Positions 25,975-34,523 of a stretch of 64,000 nucleotides of DNA are shown piece by piece; positions within the stretch are counted from its first letter, which is position 1; the number at the start of each line of letters is the position of its first letter. The position numbers and the translations under genes were made by a program. Origin of the DNA: Candidatus Brennerbacteria bacterium (GTDB lineage Bacteria; Patescibacteriota; Minisyncoccia; UBA6257; GWB1-50-10); contig JACPEK010000004.1 in NCBI GenBank assembly GCA_016183535.1, positions 8,592 through 72,591 of the forward strand, given 5' to 3'. The notes below the pieces were generated by a model. It saw only the letters and a list, made by a program, of their open reading frames with translations, was not told the origin of the DNA and made no database searches.

Positions 25975-28077
25975 GTGGCGCAAACCAATCACTTGATGGC
26001 CAAGCGAAAGAAAAAGCCCGCGAAGCGGGTGCGGGAAGAAAATAATGACGCGAAGGGTGAGTTTTTTGAGAACCTTCACCCCGACGTAAAGCGGCATATT
26101 CTTTCGATCCTTTTTTTCGGCATCGCGGTGCTTTTTCTTCTCGCGGCGGTGGGACAGGCGGGGCCGTGGGGGAGCGGGTCATATAAGTTTCTCTCAATGC
26201 TCTTTGGCATCGGGTATTTTCTTCTCCCTTTGACTGCGCTCATTCTCGGCTTCACTTTCTACCGCCCCGCGCGCACGCGCTTCGTATGGCTCACCTTGGG
26301 CGGCGCGCTTGTATTCGTGCTCGCGGGGCTCGGCTTCATCGATATCGTCGCGGAGGGACGCGGCGGCTTGATCGGCGAGCTCCTTGGGGCTTTGAAAGGT
26401 CCCTTCGGGACGCCGGCGTCCTTGGTCATCACGGGTGCCACAGCGCTCGCGTCGCTCCTCGTGGTCTTGAACCGTCCGCTCCGGCTCCACCTCTTCTCGC
26501 GGAACGCCGAGGAGGAATCGGAGGGTGAGGAAATTGAGATTACAATGCCGGAGGAAACGGGGGTAAAGAGTAAAGAGAAAGAAATAAAAAACGAAGAAAA
26601 AGAGGAAGCCGAAAAAGAACCGGAAGTGCGGCACGGACTATCATCCATGAAAAGTCGTGGTGCGCTCCCTAAGATCAAAAACTACGTCCCGCCGCCCTTG
26701 TCGCTCCTTGTCTCGTCGGTCGAGCGACCCGAGATCGGCGACCTGCGGGCGAACGCGAATATCATCAAACGCACGCTCGAATCGTTCGGCGTCTCGGTTG
26801 AGATGGGGGAAATCCACGTGGGGCCAACCGTTACCCGCTACACCCTGAAGCCCGCGGAGGGGATGAAACTCTCGCGCATCACAGCCCTCCACTCCGACCT
26901 TGCGCTCGCCTTGGCCGCTCACCCCATCCGCATCGAAGCGCCGATCCCCGGAAAATCGCTTGTTGGTATTGAGGTGCCGAACAAAGCGGCCGCCTTGGTG
27001 CGCCTCGGAAGCCTCATCCAGTACCCCGATTTCCAGAAGGCGGGGTCGCTCGTGTTTGGTCTCGGCCGGAACGTCTCGGGAGAACCCATCCTCCCTGATA
27101 TCGCAAAGATGCCGCACCTGTTGGTCGCGGGCGCCACGGGTTCGGGAAAATCCATCACCATCCACTCCATTCTCGTCTCGCTCCTTTACAAGAACTCGCC
27201 CGACATGCTCCGCTTCATTATGATTGACCCGAAACGCGTGGAGCTCTCGATTTATGACGGCATCCCGCATCTCATCGCGCCGGTCGTGACCGAAAACAAG
27301 AAAGCACTCGGCGCCTTGCGGTGGCTTATTGGAGAGATGGATCGACGCTACGAGCTTCTCCTTGCCGCCGGAGTCCGCGATATCAAAGGTTATAACAAGG
27401 ATGAGCAAGAGCCCTTGCCCTACATCGTAACCGTGATTGACGAGATGGCGGATCTCATGACGACCTACGGCCGCGAGGTGGAGGGCTACATCATCCGCTT
27501 GGCACAGATGGCACGCGCGACCGGCATCCACCTCGTCGTCTCAACCCAGCGCCCATCGGTCGAGGTTATCACGGGTCTTATCAAGGCAAACATCACAACA
27601 CGCGTGGCGTTGCAGGTCGCGAGCCAGATAGATTCACGCACCATATTGGACACTGCGGGTGCGGAAAAACTTCTCGGCGCAGGCGACCTTCTTCTTATTT
27701 CCGCGGAACATTCCAAACCGGTCCGTATCCAAGGTTCGTTCCTTTCTGAAGACGAGCTGAAAAAAGTTATCGGATTCATCAAGGAACATAACGAAACACC
27801 TTCAGAATCGGGGGAACTTGCGGTTGATAACGGCGTTTCCGGCGCCCCCACCGAGCACCCGTTTGATGTTTTAGGCGAGGGAGACGACGAAGACGACGAA
27901 CTCCTCGAAGAAGCGGTTGCGCTCGTGCGGAGTGCGAAGAAAGCCTCTGCCTCGCTCCTCCAGCGACGCCTCAAGGTGGGATATGCCCGCGCCGCGCGCC
28001 TCCTTGATATTATGGAAGAGAGGGGCGTCATCGGGCCGGGCGACGGCGCAAAACCAAGAGAAGTGTATGAAGAGTGA
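25975..28077 (+). CDS. ftsK: DNA translocase FtsK
   Basis: N-terminal TM segments, an acidic/Lys-rich linker, a motor domain with Walker A GATGSGKS, and a C-terminal gamma winged-helix domain. Confidence 0.95.
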   Translation: MAQTNHLMAKRKKKPAKRVREENNDAKGEFFENLHPDVKRHILSILFFGIAVLFLLAAVGQAGPWGSGSYKFLSMLFGIGYFLLPLTALILGFTFYRPARTRFVWLTLGGALVFVLAGLGFIDIVAEGRGGLIGELLGALKGPFGTPASLVITGATALASLLVVLNRPLRLHLFSRNAEEESEGEEIEITMPEETGVKSKEKEIKNEEKEEAEKEPEVRHGLSSMKSRGALPKIKNYVPPPLSLLVSSVERPEIGDLRANANIIKRTLESFGVSVEMGEIHVGPTVTRYTLKPAEGMKLSRITALHSDLALALAAHPIRIEAPIPGKSLVGIEVPNKAAALVRLGSLIQYPDFQKAGSLVFGLGRNVSGEPILPDIAKMPHLLVAGATGSGKSITIHSILVSLLYKNSPDMLRFIMIDPKRVELSIYDGIPHLIAPVVTENKKALGALRWLIGEMDRRYELLLAAGVRDIKGYNKDEQEPLPYIVTVIDEMADLMTTYGREVEGYIIRLAQMARATGIHLVVSTQRPSVEVITGLIKANITTRVALQVASQIDSRTILDTAGAEKLLGAGDLLLISAEHSKPVRIQGSFLSEDELKKVIGFIKEHNETPSESGELAVDNGVSGAPTEHPFDVLGEGDDEDDELLEEAVALVRSAKKASASLLQRRLKVGYARAARLLDIMEERGVIGPGDGAKPREVYEE

Positions 28078-28214
28078 AATCCTAAGCGCGAAATCTTAAA
28101 ATCTAAAAAAATTAAAACTCCAATGATCAAAACTGCATGGTTTGGAATTTCTGATTTTGGTCGTTGTGATTTGTTTAGGATTTAGATATTAGAATTTAGG
28201 ATTTTTTATATCAC

Positions 28215-28874
28215 ATGGATCAATACGACGACAAAACTCTTGCGGAAGCGCTCGCGGAGGCGATGAGGCTCAAGGGATTCACCGTATCGAAGCTCGCGGA
28301 GATGACGGGCGTCGCCGAACGCATCATCGAACTCTTCCTCGCTGAACGCTTTGAGGACCTCCCTCCCTCACCCTACGTGCACGGCTATCTTTTGAAGATC
28401 GGGGAGTCGCTGGGGGCGGACGGCAACGCGCTGTGGAACGCGTACGGAAAATTCCATCGCGAGATTCGCCGCGCGGGGCACCGCGATACATTACCCGAAA
28501 ATCGCTTCGCACTTCCAAAAATTCCGCGAAAGCTCGCGATCGGGGCGCTCCTCGCGCTCCTTGCCGCCGGCTTGGCCGGGGCGCGCCTCTTTTTCGGGGG
28601 ATCATCATTCATGCTCGAAATGAACATCCCCGAAAACCTCGTGGTTGCCACTTCCACCTATCTCCTCGAAGGCCATGCGCGGCCAGGCGACCAACTGACC
28701 GTGAACGGCGCGTTGATCGTTCTTGAAGACGACGGGGCGTTCGCGGAAGAGTTGAATCTTGTACCCGGATTCAATACTCTGCGGTTTGTAATCACGCGGC
28801 CGCTCGAGCGCGCGCGCGAGTCCGTACGGAAAATTTTCTACCAGGTTTCAACCACCACCCCTGCGGCATTCTAG
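28215..28874 (+). CDS. HTH (XRE-like) domain membrane protein, RodZ-like
   Basis: N-terminal HTH (LAEMTGVAERIIELFLAE), one TM helix and a C-terminal beta domain, in a RodZ-like arrangement. Confidence 0.55.
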   Translation: MDQYDDKTLAEALAEAMRLKGFTVSKLAEMTGVAERIIELFLAERFEDLPPSPYVHGYLLKIGESLGADGNALWNAYGKFHREIRRAGHRDTLPENRFALPKIPRKLAIGALLALLAAGLAGARLFFGGSSFMLEMNIPENLVVATSTYLLEGHARPGDQLTVNGALIVLEDDGAFAEELNLVPGFNTLRFVITRPLERARESVRKIFYQVSTTTPAAF

Positions 28875-28910
28875 CGCCGCATCGTCTATAATAAGAATGC
28901 ACACATACTC

Positions 28911-29981
28911 ATGACGCCCCCATCCAAGAAGGGAAGTGAAAAAAAATCAGACCGCACCGACCTCGAAACTCTGATGGAAACGCTCCAGTCGCGCTTCGGC
29001 GAGGGCGCCATCATGAAGCTCGGCGACGTGCGCAAGGTGAATATCGCGGCGGTGCCGTCGGGTTCGTTCTCGCTTGATCTGGCGCTCGGCGTGGGCGGCC
29101 TCCCGAAGGGTCGCATCGTTGAAATCTACGGCCCCGAATCGAGTGGAAAAACGACTTTGGCGCTCCACGTGGTGGCCGAGGTGCAGAAGAAAGGCGGAAA
29201 AGCCGCATTCATTGACGCGGAGCATGCCTTGGATCCCGAGTACGCGGCGAGAATCGGCGTGAAGGTGAAAGATCTCGTGATCTCCCAACCCGAGAGCGGC
29301 GAAGAAGCTCTGAATATTTTGGAGAGTTTGGTGCGTTCCGGCATTATTGATATCGTTGTGGTAGACTCGGTCGCCGCGCTCACGCCACGCGCGGAAATCG
29401 AGGGAGAGATGGGGCAATCGCATGTGGGGCTCCAGGCGCGCTTAATGAGTCAAGCGCTCCGTAAACTCACCGCGGTCGCGGCGAAATCCGGCACTATCGT
29501 CATTTTTATCAACCAGACCCGCATGAAGATCGGGGTGATGTACGGAAACCCCGAGACTACGCCGGGCGGCCTCGCTCTGAAATTCTACGCTTCGGTCAGA
29601 ATTGATATTCGCCGTATCGCGCAAATCAAAAAAGGGGAGGAGATCACCGGAAACCGCGTGAAAGCGAAGGTGGTGAAAAACAAGGTGGCGCCGCCCTTTA
29701 AGATCGCGGAGTTCGACATTATGTACGGCGAAGGTATTTCATACGAATCGGACGTATTGAACACCGCGGTGAAATACGGCGTGGTGGCGAAATCCGGCGC
29801 GAGTTATTCTTTCGGCCCGCCACCAGGCGGTGAAAAGCTCGGCGTGGGGTTCGATAACGTCCGCGGAAAACTCAAAGAAAATTCGAAGCTCCTCGGTGCC
29901 ATCAAGAAAGCCGCGACGGAAGCGGTAGAGAAAAAAGGGATGGCGGCGGGAGACGGGAGCGGAGAAGAAGAGAAAGAATAA
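28911..29981 (+). CDS. recA: Recombinase RecA
   Basis: Walker [10 protein letters not shown] and RecA loops L1/L2. 356 aa. Confidence 0.97.
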   Translation: MTPPSKKGSEKKSDRTDLETLMETLQSRFGEGAIMKLGDVRKVNIAAVPSGSFSLDLALGVGGLPKGRIVEIYGPESSGKTTLALHVVAEVQKKGGKAAFIDAEHALDPEYAARIGVKVKDLVISQPESGEEALNILESLVRSGIIDIVVVDSVAALTPRAEIEGEMGQSHVGLQARLMSQALRKLTAVAAKSGTIVIFINQTRMKIGVMYGNPETTPGGLALKFYASVRIDIRRIAQIKKGEEITGNRVKAKVVKNKVAPPFKIAEFDIMYGEGISYESDVLNTAVKYGVVAKSGASYSFGPPPGGEKLGVGFDNVRGKLKENSKLLGAIKKAATEAVEKKGMAAGDGSGEEEKE

Positions 29982-29991
29982 TATTTGATCT

Positions 29992-30540
29992 ATGTTGGAG
30001 AAGTTCGAAAATTTCGAAGATTTTTCGCCGGAAGACCGTGAACGGATGGAGGAAATCGCCAGAGAGGCGAAAAAAATTCTCGCTGGCGCGGAACGCGATT
30101 CGAAAGAAGAAACCGAAGAAGTACTGGACCAAGGAAAAGTACTCCTCGCCGAAGAAACAGTGAAAGAACTTAACGTTATAAGAGTCTCCCTGGAGACGCT
30201 CCTCGAAAATAACGATTTTAAAAACGCTTTCCTGTCGAAATTTCAAAATGAGTACGGATGGGACAAAGAAAAAATCGGGGATATGCTGGACAAACTCATC
30301 TGGGCTTTGGACGCATTACACCGGAAGGTGCGATTCCCGCCGCCGGACGAACTTGAACCGAGCCCCGCAGGGGGATCGCGCGATTCGCGGAGTGTTCTCT
30401 CCGCTCTCATCGCGCACAACTACGGGAAAAAGACCGCGCAAGAAGCCTGGCCCCTGGTGGATACTTACGTAAAACTCGCGCACGGGATCGCGAAAAACGA
30501 ACGGGAGCGGAGAAGCGGAGAGGACGGGAACGGCGAATAA
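29992..30540 (+). CDS. Hypothetical acidic helical protein in the position usually occupied by recX
   Basis: 182 aa, helical and acidic. It sits 10 nt after recA but has no recognisable RecX repeats. Confidence 0.45.
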   Translation: MLEKFENFEDFSPEDRERMEEIAREAKKILAGAERDSKEETEEVLDQGKVLLAEETVKELNVIRVSLETLLENNDFKNAFLSKFQNEYGWDKEKIGDMLDKLIWALDALHRKVRFPPPDELEPSPAGGSRDSRSVLSALIAHNYGKKTAQEAWPLVDTYVKLAHGIAKNERERRSGEDGNGE

Positions 30541-30567
30541 TCACGAGGAACCGCGCGGTGCGGGTTT

Positions 30568-31434
30568 TTATTCGGGGTTTAGAACGTAAAAATTTTCAAA
30601 TAGTTTGGCCACAAGGATAGGGCCGGTGCCGTGCGGCACAGGCGTGTACCGCAAATTTCCAATTTCCAACCCGCCTGCCGGACGGGCAGGTTTCCAATTT
30701 CCAATCTGCGAAGCGGAGAAATCGCCGTGAAGTTTGCCGTCCGCGGCGCGGGAGTAGCCGAAATCAATCACGAGCGCACCATCTTTTAACATCTCCGGCC
30801 TTACAAGGCCCGCTTTGCCGACACCGAGAATAACCACATCCGCGTCTTTGAGGCGCGCGAGGTCGTCGCTCACATCAAGCGTGAGAAGCTCTCTTGCTTT
30901 ACCTTTCAACCATGCTGTGATCGGTTTCCCAACTAGAAACCCTAATCCCACCACTGCCATGCTCAAATTTTCAATTTTGCAATTTTCTCCGATCCCATCG
31001 CGAGTCCGCGACAAAGTCGGGACAATTTTTAATATCTCTTCCACCACGCCGGCGGCGGGAGAAAGCACTAAATCACCACCGCGGAGATTATCTGCGTCTT
31101 TCTCGAAAGGGATCGCGGCAATAACGCGGTCGCGATTAATGTGCGCGGGGAGCGGGAGTTGGAGAATGACGCCACCGCATCCGCCGGCGGGCGAATCGTC
31201 GCGCGTAAGTTCTTCCACTTTTGCGCGCAAATCCGCTTCGGACACCTCTTGGGGGAGACGGATAACACGGAAATCCACGCCGAGCGCGCGCGCCACATTT
31301 TCCTTCTGTTTCACGAAGCTCGCCGACGCCGGATCGTCGCCGACAAGTATGACCGCGAGGAATTTATTCGACGCGGGACATTTTTTAAGTCGCGCGAGAA
31401 TTTCACCTGCTATTTTTCTTCCGTCAATCACCAT
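30568..31434 (-). CDS. folD: Bifunctional methylenetetrahydrofolate dehydrogenase/cyclohydrolase FolD
   Basis: FolD N- and C-terminal domains (…TPVPxGxGP…). It carries an in-frame insertion of about 14 aa near the C-terminus. Confidence 0.9.
   Translation of the reverse strand: MVIDGRKIAGEILARLKKCPASNKFLAVILVGDDPASASFVKQKENVARALGVDFRVIRLPQEVSEADLRAKVEELTRDDSPAGGCGGVILQLPLPAHINRDRVIAAIPFEKDADNLRGGDLVLSPAAGVVEEILKIVPTLSRTRDGIGENCKIENLSMAVVGLGFLVGKPITAWLKGKARELLTLDVSDDLARLKDADVVILGVGKAGLVRPEMLKDGALVIDFGYSRAADGKLHGDFSASQIGNWKPARPAGGLEIGNLRYTPVPHGTGPILVAKLFENFYVLNPE
30656..30704. repeat. Two 14-bp direct repeats (tttccaatttccaa; each is itself a 7-bp tandem) flanking a GC palindrome, embedded in frame in the folD 3' coding region
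   Basis: tttccaatttccaa-cc-gcctgccggacgggcagg-tttccaatttccaa. On the coding strand this encodes …IGNWKPARPAGGLEIGN…. Confidence 0.7.
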
Positions 31435-31461
31435 TGCTTTTAATGTGTCATTTTGCGCGGG

Positions 31462-31495
31462 CCCGGCATGCTATACCTAAGTATAGCATGCCGGG
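31462..31495. repeat. Perfect 15-bp-arm palindrome cccggcatgctatac-ctaa-gtatagcatgccggg in the glyA-folD spacer (not followed by a T-run)
   Basis: Read from the sequence. It shares the gctatac…gtatagc core with the yraN terminator hairpin. Confidence 0.6.
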
Positions 31496-31503
31496 TTCAA
31501 TAT

Positions 31504-32739
31504 CTACGCTCGCGTTGCACTTGTGGAATCCTCAAGAAGCGCCGCAGTGATTTTTTTGGCCAGACGGATCATGTCACGCTCATTCATGCCGCCTGCCTGC
31601 CAGCCGGGCAAGCGCGTCGTAACCGCCGCAGTGCCAAGACGAATACCGGAAGGGTCCGCAGGCGGCCGCTTATCGAATGGGATGCTTTCTTTATTTACCG
31701 TGATACCCGCCGCGGCGAGCCGCGCCTCCGCCACGCCGCCACTTACACCGCGCAACATAGTATCCATCGAAAAAAGATGCGAGTCGGTGCCCCCCGAGAC
31801 AATCCGCCATCCCAAACGCGCAAGTTCGTTCGACAAAGCCCGCGCGTTTTTTATTATTTGCTTCGCATATTTCTTGAACGACGGTTGCGCGGCCTCGTGG
31901 AGCGCCACCGCCAGCGCGGCAATTTGATTCACATGGGGACCGCCTTGCACGCCCGGGAACACCGCCTTGTCGATCGCTTGCGCGATCGTTAATTTTGAAT
32001 TTTTAATTTTTAATTTTCTAGCAAAAACAAGCGCCGCGCGAGGTCCCCGCAAGGTTTTGTGAGTGGTGGTCATAACAATATCGGCATAAGGAAAGGGCGA
32101 GGGATACGCACCGCCCGCGACAAGTCCCGCGAAATGGGATATGTCCACCATAAAGATCGCGCCCACTGCGTCCACAATCTTCCTGAACTTATTAAAATCC
32201 GGCACGCGGGAGTACGCGCTCCACCCTGCGATGAGAATTTTCGGCTTCTCTTTTCTTGCGATGCGGAGGATCGCTCCATAATTCAGTTTCTCGGTCTTTC
32301 TGTCCACATTGTAATGAACGGCTTTCCATAGTTTCCCGGAGGCACTCACCTTGGCGCCATGCGTGAGGTGCCCGCCCGCGTCGAGCGCCATTCCCATAAT
32401 TGTGTCGCCCGGTTTCACGAGCGCGAGGTACACCGCGAGATTCGCGGGCGAGCCGGAATACGGCTGGACATTCACGCTCCATTTACGGCGATCCGCCGGA
32501 GAGCGGATAAAAAGCTTGAGCGCGCGGGCGCGCGCAAGCTTCTCCAGTTCGTCCACCGTTTCGCACCCCGCATAGTAGCGCTTCCCCGGATACCCTTCGG
32601 CATACTTGTTCGTAAATACGCTCCCGAGCGCCTCGCGCACATCGTCGGAGACAAAATTCTCCGACGCAATGAGGTTGATCACGCGCTTTTGGCGCGTTTC
32701 TTCTTGCTCGATAAGCCGCTCAATCTGTTTATCTCTCAC
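31504..32739 (-). CDS. glyA: Serine hydroxymethyltransferase
   Basis: 411 aa with a PLP-binding TTHKTLRGPR motif. Confidence 0.97.
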   Translation of the reverse strand: MRDKQIERLIEQEETRQKRVINLIASENFVSDDVREALGSVFTNKYAEGYPGKRYYAGCETVDELEKLARARALKLFIRSPADRRKWSVNVQPYSGSPANLAVYLALVKPGDTIMGMALDAGGHLTHGAKVSASGKLWKAVHYNVDRKTEKLNYGAILRIARKEKPKILIAGWSAYSRVPDFNKFRKIVDAVGAIFMVDISHFAGLVAGGAYPSPFPYADIVMTTTHKTLRGPRAALVFARKLKIKNSKLTIAQAIDKAVFPGVQGGPHVNQIAALAVALHEAAQPSFKKYAKQIIKNARALSNELARLGWRIVSGGTDSHLFSMDTMLRGVSGGVAEARLAAAGITVNKESIPFDKRPPADPSGIRLGTAAVTTRLPGWQAGGMNERDMIRLAKKITAALLEDSTSATRA

Positions 32740-32766
32740 CCCACCATCATAGCCCGCACACTCAAC

Positions 32767-32862
32767 TCACACAAAGAGGAGCGGGACGTAGGCGAGAATC
32801 AGCGCGAGGACGATGATTGAGACCACCACCGTAACGAGCGTGCGATTGCGGAACCATTTCAT
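32767..32862 (-). CDS. Possible 31-aa hydrophobic micro-protein (MKWFRNRTLVTVVVSIIVLALILAYVPLLFV)
   Basis: Un-annotated small ORF between the exonuclease gene and glyA. It has a single predicted TM helix and no clear RBS. Confidence 0.25.
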   Translation of the reverse strand: MKWFRNRTLVTVVVSIIVLALILAYVPLLFV

Positions 32863-32887
32863 GGGAATAGGTGTTAGCCTCTAGGCG

Positions 32888-33460
32888 CTAGGAGAACAAA
32901 TTGGCGGGAGGAGGCGCGGGCTCCGCGAACGAGAGCGCCACTTTCGCCATCTGTGAGGAATTCCGCTGGGGCACCCAAAGATAACCCTGGCGTTGCATGA
33001 GGTCGTAAAGCTCCTTCGTGATTTTCACGTCCTGCAAGCAGTAGTCTTTCAACTTCTGCATTTCGCCGTTCCGGTAAAATTCGATCGCTTGGAGTCCGTG
33101 TGCGGTTTTCCCGACTCCCAAATTCGCTTCGGCGAGGATGCCGAGTCCCACGCGGCGACCGAAGCTCTTTTCGATGGCTTCGAGAATATCGAAGTGGGGA
33201 ATGGGCGCGAGCGGAAAATTAACGTATTTCTGGAGAATCGGGAGGTCAAATCGCTTCGAGGAAAACCCGATCAAGAGATGCGCGCGACGGAACGCATCCG
33301 CGAGAGCGGAAAATTCATATTCCTCGTAGGCGCGATAGGCGTCGTCCGCGTAGGAATAAACACCCACCACCGAGATGTGGAGCTCTTTGAGGTTTTCCTG
33401 CCCGCCGACCTCCTCGAAGGTGTCTTTGGTTTCAATGTCGAAAACAAACTTGTTGATCAT
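32888..33460 (-). CDS. DEDD-type 3'-5' exonuclease (RNase H-like fold, PolB-exonuclease-related)
   Basis: Exo I FDIET, Exo II and Exo III YCLQD motifs. The start is MINKFVFDIE at 33460; the track ORF is extended upstream. Confidence 0.7.
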   Translation of the reverse strand: MINKFVFDIETKDTFEEVGGQENLKELHISVVGVYSYADDAYRAYEEYEFSALADAFRRAHLLIGFSSKRFDLPILQKYVNFPLAPIPHFDILEAIEKSFGRRVGLGILAEANLGVGKTAHGLQAIEFYRNGEMQKLKDYCLQDVKITKELYDLMQRQGYLWVPQRNSSQMAKVALSFAEPAPPPANLFS

Positions 33461-33942
33461 TACACGTGCCGATCCGCCACTTTTGATGCCGCGTAGCTTT
33501 CCGGCTTGGTTTTCACGGTGAAGTTTGAAGCGCGGATAATACCGGTCACTTCCTGAATGAGCGCGCTGGTGGGCCCATTCTCGCCCACATCCGCATGGAT
33601 CTCGAAATCCCACGCAATTTCATTCGCATAATCCCGAAGCTCGGTTAAAACCTTCTCCGCCACCTCAAGCGAAATCAATACCTCGCGGATGATGCGGTCG
33701 CGGAGCGTATGAAAACGCTTGAGCTCGTGCCGACGGAAGAAGTAAATACCGCCGTTTCCCACGCGGTGTACGACGATCGCCGTCACAAAATCGGGGTTTG
33801 CGCTCCCCGACTGCTGGGAATCCGTGCCGATGATGACCTTATATTTCCGCTTCGGATCGACTTTGATGAAACGGACAACCTCCCGCACCACGGCGGGAAT
33901 GTCGAATTGTGCTCCGAGCGAGCTCAAGAACGTGGTTGGCAT
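33460..33942 (-). CDS. RNase H-like YkuK/DUF458-family protein
   Basis: 160 aa. The KVIIGTDSQ…D…D pattern is typical of DUF458. Its stop overlaps the downstream exonuclease start. Confidence 0.55.
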   Translation of the reverse strand: MPTTFLSSLGAQFDIPAVVREVVRFIKVDPKRKYKVIIGTDSQQSGSANPDFVTAIVVHRVGNGGIYFFRRHELKRFHTLRDRIIREVLISLEVAEKVLTELRDYANEIAWDFEIHADVGENGPTSALIQEVTGIIRASNFTVKTKPESYAASKVADRHV

Positions 33943-34090
33943 TGGTGTTTCTACGATACGCCGGAGGGAGGGACGGTGTCAACGAGAGTTTGTGCTAAAT
34001 CAAAAAAACACCATGGTGTTTTTTTGATCGCGCGAACATTGCACTGTGATGTTTTGGTGCGCGGTGAGGGATTCGGTGCCCTGCACAAAG

Positions 34091-34162
34091 TGGGCGCTGT
34101 AGGGATCGAACCTACGACCTTCTTGGTGTAAGCAAGACGTTCTACCACTGAACTAAGCGCCC
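34091..34162 (-). tRNA. tRNA-Val (anticodon UAC)
   Basis: Cloverleaf read by hand: GGGCGCT acceptor, GTTC/GAAC D-stem, anticodon loop CTTACAC, GTAGG/CCTAC T-stem, discriminator A. No encoded CCA. Confidence 0.85.
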
Positions 34163-34170
34163 GTTCTCAA

Positions 34171-34180
34171 ATGATACCAC
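34171..34180 (-). promoter_or_regulatory. Extended -10 element (TGgTATCAT) about 8 nt upstream of tRNA-Val
   Basis: Minus-strand tggtatcat directly upstream of the tRNA 5' end. Confidence 0.4.
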
Positions 34181-34441
34181 TGAGTCCCGAAAAATCATTT
34201 CTTAGTGGAAATAGATTTTTCGAGGATCCTCGATTTTGTAGCTCCGCTTCGCAGAGACAAAATCGGGACTAACCGCGCATTGCTTTTTAAGGGTAAATCA
34301 CTGCGTCAGTATAGGTAAAGAGAAATTCCTCGATTAAATAGATCAAGGAACGTTTGGGCGCGGCACTTGTACGATACGAATATCCAATGCTAAAGTTGCG
34401 AAAGGAGTGCTGATGGGATTGAAGGCAATCGGAGATCGCTT

Positions 34442-34513
34442 CGGCCTGTAGCTCAATGGCAGAGCAGTCGCCTTATACGCGATTGGTTGGGGGTTCGAGT
34501 CCCTCCAGGCCGA
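34442..34513 (+). tRNA. tRNA with anticodon UAU (tRNA-Ile2-like; would decode AUA)
   Basis: Hand-folded cloverleaf. The 7-bp acceptor CGGCCTG/CAGGCCG, D-stem GCTC/GAGC and anticodon stem GTCGC/GCGAT pair as expected. The anticodon loop is C-U-UAU-A-C. The T-stem is GGGGG/CCCTC, the discriminator is A, and no CCA is encoded. The body resembles the Ile/Met family. Confidence 0.7.
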
Positions 34514-34523
34514 CAAGGAAAAT

